Of a stretch of DNA of 64,000 nt, positions 57,701 through 64,000 are shown in pieces. Location of the stretch: the NCBI GenBank assembly GCA_002269645.1, contig NIVC01000114.1:310001-374000 (forward strand), read 5' to 3'. Positions within the stretch are counted from its first letter, which is position 1. The number at the start of each line of letters is the position of its first letter. A model generated the notes under the pieces. The model did no database searches. It saw only the letters and a list, made by a program, of their open reading frames with translations, and was not told the DNA's origin. The DNA comes from Macrostomum lignano. Its lineage: Eukaryota. The position numbers were made by a program, and so were the translations under genes.

Positions 57701-60700
57701 TTCCGTCCGGCTTCCGGCTGGCCAAACTTGAGCAGCGCCTGCAGCTGCACGTCATGCAGCGGCTCGAGCAGCTGGCGAACGACATCAACCTGGTGCCCAG
57801 CGTGTTCAGCGTCGGCAAAACCGACGTTCGAGTTGTCGACCTAAAGGAAGGCCTCAGCCAGCCGTTCTGGTGCGACTTAGTCTACTCATTCACCGTGGAA
57901 TCCGCTAGGCTGCCTGCTCAAGGATTCGAACTCGCGACCTATCTGAGTCAGCTGTTGGCGCCGAAACTGCAGCAGCCTACTCACCTGGAACGGCTGGCAG
58001 TGCTGCAGTGGGGCCCGGCAACCGGTTCCAGCTCCACACACCTGCTAGAAGTTCAAGCCCTGGTCACCATGAGCTCATCCCGCTCGCTGCCATTTGACCA
58101 AGCCACCAGCATCTTAATGAAGGCGGCCGCGGCTGTGGAGTCGCCAAGTCGCCTGACCACCCGTGCAGTTGCGGCACCGTTCCACGGCTCCAGCTCTGCC
58201 GCCAGCCTCGGCCCCGGCTCTTCAACTCGCTACCGACGCGTGAACCAGGCCGTGACCTTCATCAGCGGCAACTCCGCTGCTCTTGCAGACTCCGACAAGC
58301 TGGCCAAGTACGCCTGCCACCTGTACCAGAGCTCTCTCGAGTCCGCCCACTGGTTCGCTCTCTACGTGGTGCCGCACAGCTGCTCCGCCGCGGTGACCGC
58401 CGCCAACATTCGAGTCGCCGTCAGCCAGCAGCAGCCGCAGCTGTCGATCCCAGGCCTGCGCATGAACATCTCCGCCACGGTGGTGTCGCAGACCAAGTCA
58501 GTTGAAGTCGCTTCGACAGCTACTAGAGCATTCCAGAGTGCACTGGCTATTAAGAACTTCTACTTCAATTCCGGGGAGCTGGTGCTGTCCGAAGGAGTTC
58601 ACGTACAGGATGTCAGCGTGTACATCTCCGTGCAGCCTGATAGCGTCACCAAACCTGCGCAGCTGGTGACGAACTCCACCACAACCGGCACCTCTGCAGC
58701 CGCTGCAACCACCACTGACAGCACCGACACCACCGCCACCACCGCCATCACGGTCGCTACCACAACTAGCCCAGCATCCGTATCAACCATTGCAACAACT
58801 ACTAGGCCGAGAACTGTACTCTACTACAACTTGAAGCTGCAGTTCCCTCTGTCCAATGCTACCTGGGACTACCTGGCTGAACCGGACTCGCCCATGGCGC
58901 TATTGCTGGCCCGTTCTCTGCTCAACGACGCCCTTTTGGCTAACGCTAGCGTTTCAAAACTTGCTCAACACCTTATTGTCACCAACATCAGCCGGGACCT
59001 GTCGGACAATGCAACTACAGCCGAACTGGGACTCGGCCAGGCTCTGGCCAAATTTCAACCGCCATCGGCTGTAGATTCGCCCGACCACCTAAGACTGTCT
59101 GTTGCTCAAGCCGTCTCCAACTGGCCTCTGGCTGCTGCACTGTTCACTGATCGTCCCATTGTCACTGTGTGGCCAGAGTTCGAACCCCTGCCTACTCCGC
59201 CGCAGAACTCTACAGAGTCTGATACTCCAGCGCAACCGCCAGCTAGCAAGAGTCGTCGAAGGCGTTCAACAAGTTCTGCAGCGTCGTCCGAGTTTGTTGA
59301 GCACCGACTGCAGCTGTTTGCCAGCCCATCTCTGCCAGTTTTCTATCGCTACAGAGACATTCCACTGCGCCCAGACCCTCTGCTGTCCTTCCTCACCCAG
59401 CGGCTGCTCAACACCGCTATGCAGCGCTGGACCAATCAGACCAGCTCAGACTGGCCTAAACTGGCCTGGCTGCGATCTGACAATATCTCCGTGACTCTGT
59501 GCATCCGCTATCCGAAACCTGCCGGCCTCAGTCAGCGCCAAGTCATGGACGGCTTCTCTGCAGCCTGGGTGGCTGTTAATAATGAGCTGGCCAGCTGCTC
59601 GCTCTGTCTAGCTCGGCACCAGGAGCTGCGCCCGGTGGCAACCGCCGATGCCGCCAACGAGACAGTCGGCTTGTTGATCTACCAGCGACTGCAGTTTGAC
59701 GGCTTTGTCGGCTCAGACACGATGCGCAAACTCAGCCACGACGATCTCAACCAGCTGATGCGGCACCGGCTGCATTTCATCCTCGCCCAGCTGTACCCCG
59801 GCAACGGCACCAGCCTCGGCAATGTCAGCAGCCTCACCTTAGCCGGCTTCGATTTTGAGTGCTACGGTCGCAACTCCACCGTGATCGCCTTCTTGTTGGT
59901 CCGCCTGCTGGCTAGAGCAGACGTTTCCGAGGCTGACATCCGGGATCACGTGACCAAGCAGCTGCTGCGTCTGGCCACCAACGAGCACGTGCTGCCAGCC
60001 CAGCTGTCCAGCAGAGGCATCGACCTGCGGCTGCTGACCAGGCGCACCGGACTGCCCGCGGGCGTTGCTGACTGGTTCGACGTCCAGGCCACCTTCGACT
60101 ACGCCGAGGAGGGCCCGTCGCTGCACGGCTACGCTTTGGCAGCCGGGGCTCGACGCCATCTCGAAGGGCTTCTAAGCCGGTCGTCGGCTTCGTCCAACAG
60201 CATCAGAGTGGTGCAGCTCCGCCTGATGCGCTGGAAGCGTCTGGGATCTGGCGGTCCCGGCCGGCACCACCAGCTTGTCAGCGTGTTGGCCACGCTCGCC
60301 TCCACTGGCCCGCGCAATCCGGACTCCACGCCACGGCAGCTGCGAGCTCAGCTTGCCAACCTGACGGGTCTGACCGGCTCCAACCTCACTCTGCCTTTGC
60401 AGGTTTGTTTATTTGTTTGTTGCTTTGTTTGTCTGGCTGACTCGAGGCTTGCTGAGATGCTATGGCTCAATGGATGGGGAGTTGCTGAGATGCCAATTGG
60501 CTCAATGGGGAGTTGCTGAGATGCCAATTGGCTCAATGGGGAAGTTGCTGAGATGCTATAGCTCAGTGGGGGAGTTGCTGAGATGCGATGGCTCAGTGGG
60601 GGGTTGCTGAGATGCCATGGCTCACAGGGGGCTATCACAAAGATCACTACAAATGATCTTTACCAGCAGATTCCTCCCGCTTTCCTCCATGCAGGACTTC

Positions 60701-62116
60701 GACCACCAGCCGCAGCACTATGACCGGCACCACCTGCAGCTCATGCACTCCGGCGTGGCCGTGCAGCAGTCCGTGCACCTGGTGGACAGCGGCCCCGCTC
60801 AGCCAGACAGCCGCAACGACAGCAGCCTCACCAGCGACTTTATCTGCCTGCTAATCGCCTCAGCCTTCCGCCAGCGCGGCAGCGGTCGCCTCCGGTTTGT
60901 TGACGACCTGTGCGCCGCCCGGGTCACCCAGCGCGGCCTCCTCCGGCCGCATCCGCTGTCAGCTCGCCGCATCCCAGCAACTGCCGCAGCCGCCTACTTC
61001 ACCCTGCACAACTCCAGCCAGCCATTCAATCCTGACGAAGCCACTGACGCTATCAACCAGCTGGCCAGCTCGTTGAATGCCTACGCCGACATCGCTGGCA
61101 GGTCCTTGGCCTTGGGCGAGGTGACCCCGATCCAGCCGGTGCCGATCTACCAGCTGCTGCGCTTCGATTCCGCCGGATTTCCAGACGATCTGCGCAACTC
61201 TAGCTCGCTGCTGTACCTGGACACCACCGAGGCTATCAAGCGATCCCTGGCTGTCTACCTTCGCGGAGTTGCCAACCTGTTCTCCGGCCAGGTCACTGCA
61301 GTTCGGTACAGCCCCGGGTCCATCCTGGTCTCTGTCAGCTACCAGGTCTACCCTAGGCTGCTCGACACCGGCTCTGCTGCCAAGCATATCGAGCTTAACA
61401 CTGAGGCTCTGTTCACCTCTAGCAGTCCTTTCCACGGCCTGCAGCTCGACCGAGACGGCTCCTTCGTGTCCACCGCGCCTATCGCCGTCCATCGTCAGCC
61501 TAAGTTGGACAAAACCGATGAACAGTCTGTGCCAATCGCCATCTACTGCATCCTGGGCGTGGCCTGCCTCCTGCTGCTCATCCTGAGCACTCTACTCATT
61601 ATTCGACTGTACAGAATGCGCCGCAACAACTACGGCAGCAGGATCCGGCCGCAGCAGCCGTCCACTAACAGCCAGCGGCGAAGTCTGATGTTTGACAGTG
61701 ACGATAAGCCGCAGCAGCAGCAGCAGCAGCAGCAGAGAGACGCTGAGAAAGGCTTGACAGCACCTGCAACCACAGCACCAGCACCAGCACCCGCACCAGC
61801 CAGTGAGAACCCCGCAGCGTCAAGGCCTGATGCGCCCGAGAGCAGCAACAGGAGGAACAGCAACATCAACAACACCGGCAGAGCCGCCGATCCAACCCGC
61901 CTGCCCAGCACGGAGGTTCCGGCGCCCCCGCGGCTGCCTCAGCCGCCAGAAAGTCGACGGGCCTCAGCCGCTGCATCGAGTCGACGGGCTTCGGCTGCAA
62001 GTTGCAGTCGAACGGCAGGAACTGCGCCTAATGCTGGGTCTAATTTAGCGCCTAATGCGGCACCTAATGTGGCACCAAGCGCGTCGCCAAACGCTCATCC
62101 GGCAAGCCAAGTCTGA
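48736..62116 (+). CDS. Giant type I membrane protein, ~3124 aa, mucin/SEA-like with internal super-repeats; exons 48736-50892, 53273-53950, 55285-60402, 60695-62116
   Basis: Signal-peptide-like start MPNHLADSHRLWPILIVFLTGAPVGLLASG. All three introns are phase 0 GT-AG, and the exon 2/3 junction (FVSNATLQ|AMPESDLHRLL) restores similarity to the internal repeat FVGSDTMRKLSHDDLNQLM. Many NxS/T sequons, Thr-rich linkers, SEA-like segment with YSPGSILV, one TM (IAIYCILGVACLLLLILSTLLII) and a low-complexity cytoplasmic tail. Confidence 0.88.
50930..53175. repeat. 23-bp minisatellite with higher-order structure filling intron 1 of the giant gene
   Basis: Units GACACTAAATGAGGTGCTCTCCT / GACACTTACTTGGGTGCTTCCCT, about 95 copies. 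Confidence 0.96.
54005..55165. repeat. 23-bp minisatellite filling intron 2 of the giant gene
   Basis: Unit TATCAGGTGGGTCATTGAGTGTA. Confidence 0.94.
60445..60625. repeat. Short ~31-bp tandem repeat in intron 3 of the giant gene
   Basis: Unit GAGTTGCTGAGATGCCAATTGGCTCAATGGG, about 6 copies. Confidence 0.85.
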
Positions 62117-62604
62117 TTTAAAACGGCTTTTGAAAAGAACTGTGTGCTAGTCTGAGCAATATTTCTTGGGCCTGTTGTTGTTGATTAATTTGTTAGTTTT
62201 TAACCACCTTTGATAATGCATTTTTATGCTCCAATAGATTTTTGAAGTGTTTAAAATATTTTCTAACTTTTTATTGCCTGTTTATCTTTTGAAAACGCCG
62301 TCTTTCTCTTGCGCTTGAAGTTTGATTTCGGGTTTTTAGTTGCTCCGAATTATATTTTTAACTGCCCGCCTGTTGTTGCTTGTTATGTTTTTACCTTGCT
62401 CAAAAATATCGAGTAGAAATGATTACAGGTTTGTTTGATTCGTTTCGGCTGCAGATTCTCAATGTTTTTTTTGAGTTGCTCTACGTAAATTCTTAACAAA
62501 TATAAAATATTTTCTCTCTGGCATTTTTTAAATCGAGTTTTGCTTCAAAAAATCCTGTTTTGTTACTGATTATTGATTATGTTTATTGATTTTGAGCAGT
62601 GAGA

Positions 62605-64000
62605 AATGAAGTGCTAATCTATCTCTTCAATGTGAATGCAGGTATAGAATGGATTGCTAATCTATCTCTTCAATGTGAATTCAGGTATAGAATGGATTGC
62701 TAATCTATCTCTACAATATGAATTCAGGTATAGAATGGATTGCTAATCTATCTCTTCAATGTGAATGCAGGAATAGAATGGATTGCTAATCTATCTCTTC
62801 AATATGAATACAGGAACAGAATGGATTGCTAATCTATCTCTTCAATATGAATGCAGGAATAGAATGGATTGCTAATCTATCTCTTCAATGCGAATGCAGG
62901 AATAGAATGGATTGCTAATCTATCTCTCCAATATGAATGCAGGAATAGAATGGATTGCTAATCTATCTCTTCAATGTGAATGCAGGAATAGAATGGATTG
63001 CTAATCTATCTCTTCAATGCGAATGCAAGAATAGAATGGATTGCTAATCTATCTCTCCAATATGAATGCAGGAATAGAATGGATTGCTAATCTATCTCTT
63101 CAATATGAATGCAGGAATAGAATGGATTGCTAATCTATCTCTTCAATATGAATGCAGGAATAGAATGGATTGCTAATCTATCTCTCAATATGAATGCAGG
63201 AACAGAATGGATTGCTAATCTATCTCTTCAATGTGAATGCAGGAATAGAATGGATTGCTAATCTATCTTTTCAATATGAATGCAGGAATAGAATGGATTG
63301 CTAATCTATCTCTTCAATGTGAATGCAGGAATAGAATGGATTGCTAATCTATCTCTCCAATATGAATGCAGGAATAGAATGGATTGCTAATCTATCTCTT
63401 CAATATGAATACAGGAATAGAATGGATTGCTAATCTCTCTACAATATGAATTCAGGTATAGAATGGATTGCTAATCTATCTCTTCAATGTGAATGCAGGA
63501 ATAGAATGGATTGCTAATCTCTCTACAATATGAATTCAGGTATAGAATGGATTGCTAATCTATCTCTTCAATATGAATACAGGAACAGAATGGATTGCTA
63601 ATCTATCTCTTCAATATGAATGCAGGAATGGAATGGATTGCTAATCTATCTCTTCAATATGAATGCAGGAATAGAATGGATTGCTAATCTATCTCTTCAA
63701 TGTGAATGCAGGAATAGAATGGATTGCTAATCTATCTCTTCAATGCGAATGCAAGAATAGAATGGATTGCTAATCTATCTCTCCAATATGAATGCAGGAA
63801 TAGAATGGATTGCTAATCTATCTCTTCAATATGAATGCAGGAATAGAATGGATTGCTAATCTATCTCTCAATATGAATGCAGGAACAGAATGGATTGCTA
63901 ATCTATCTCTTCAATGTGAATGCAGGAATAGAATGGATTGCTAATCTATCTTTTCAATATGAATGCAGGAATAGAATGGATTGCTAATCTATCTCTTCAA
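62605..64000. repeat. 43-bp minisatellite/satellite running off the window end
   Basis: Unit GGATTGCTAATCTATCTCTTCAATATGAATGCAGGAATAGAAT, more than 30 copies. Confidence 0.96.

Noticed and set aside
50930-64000. CRISPR-like appearance of the 23-bp and 43-bp arrays
   Set aside because: Head-to-tail units with no unique spacers, in a eukaryotic intron-containing context.

Overview
Eukaryotic (invertebrate) genomic DNA. GC-rich, CAG-rich exons sit among about 30 different 14-43 bp minisatellite and (GATA)/(GACA) microsatellite arrays, a style that suggests a flatworm such as Macrostomum (inference). Genes reconstructed by hand from reading frames and GT-AG sites: (1) a 6-exon cytoplasmic intermediate-filament gene (minus, 1060-9344) with the long protostome coil 1b and no lamin-tail domain; (2) an intronless tandem-CCCH TIS11/ZFP36-type gene (minus, 13309-14055); (3) an intronless, very divergent innexin-like ORF (plus, about 16328-17455); (4) a 4-exon Iroquois TALE homeobox gene with IRO box (minus, 31403-35236); (5) a lone terminal TM4 exon of a Cys-loop anion-channel subunit (minus, 44755-45048); (6) a 4-exon, ~3124-aa type I membrane protein (plus, 48736-62116) built from ~730-770-aa super-repeats, Thr-rich linkers, a furin-type site, a membrane-proximal SEA domain and a PDZ-binding end. 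A 218-bp hAT-type MITE with an 8-bp TSD lies in an IF intron. The strongest leads are the giant super-repeat surface protein, the innexin with shortened Cys-poor loops, a tandem array of YY1/Pho-type sites just upstream of Irx, an inverted (foldback-like) pair of 22-bp arrays, and a stop-plus-donor anomaly at the IF 3' end. Array boundaries are approximate. No database search or computation was run.
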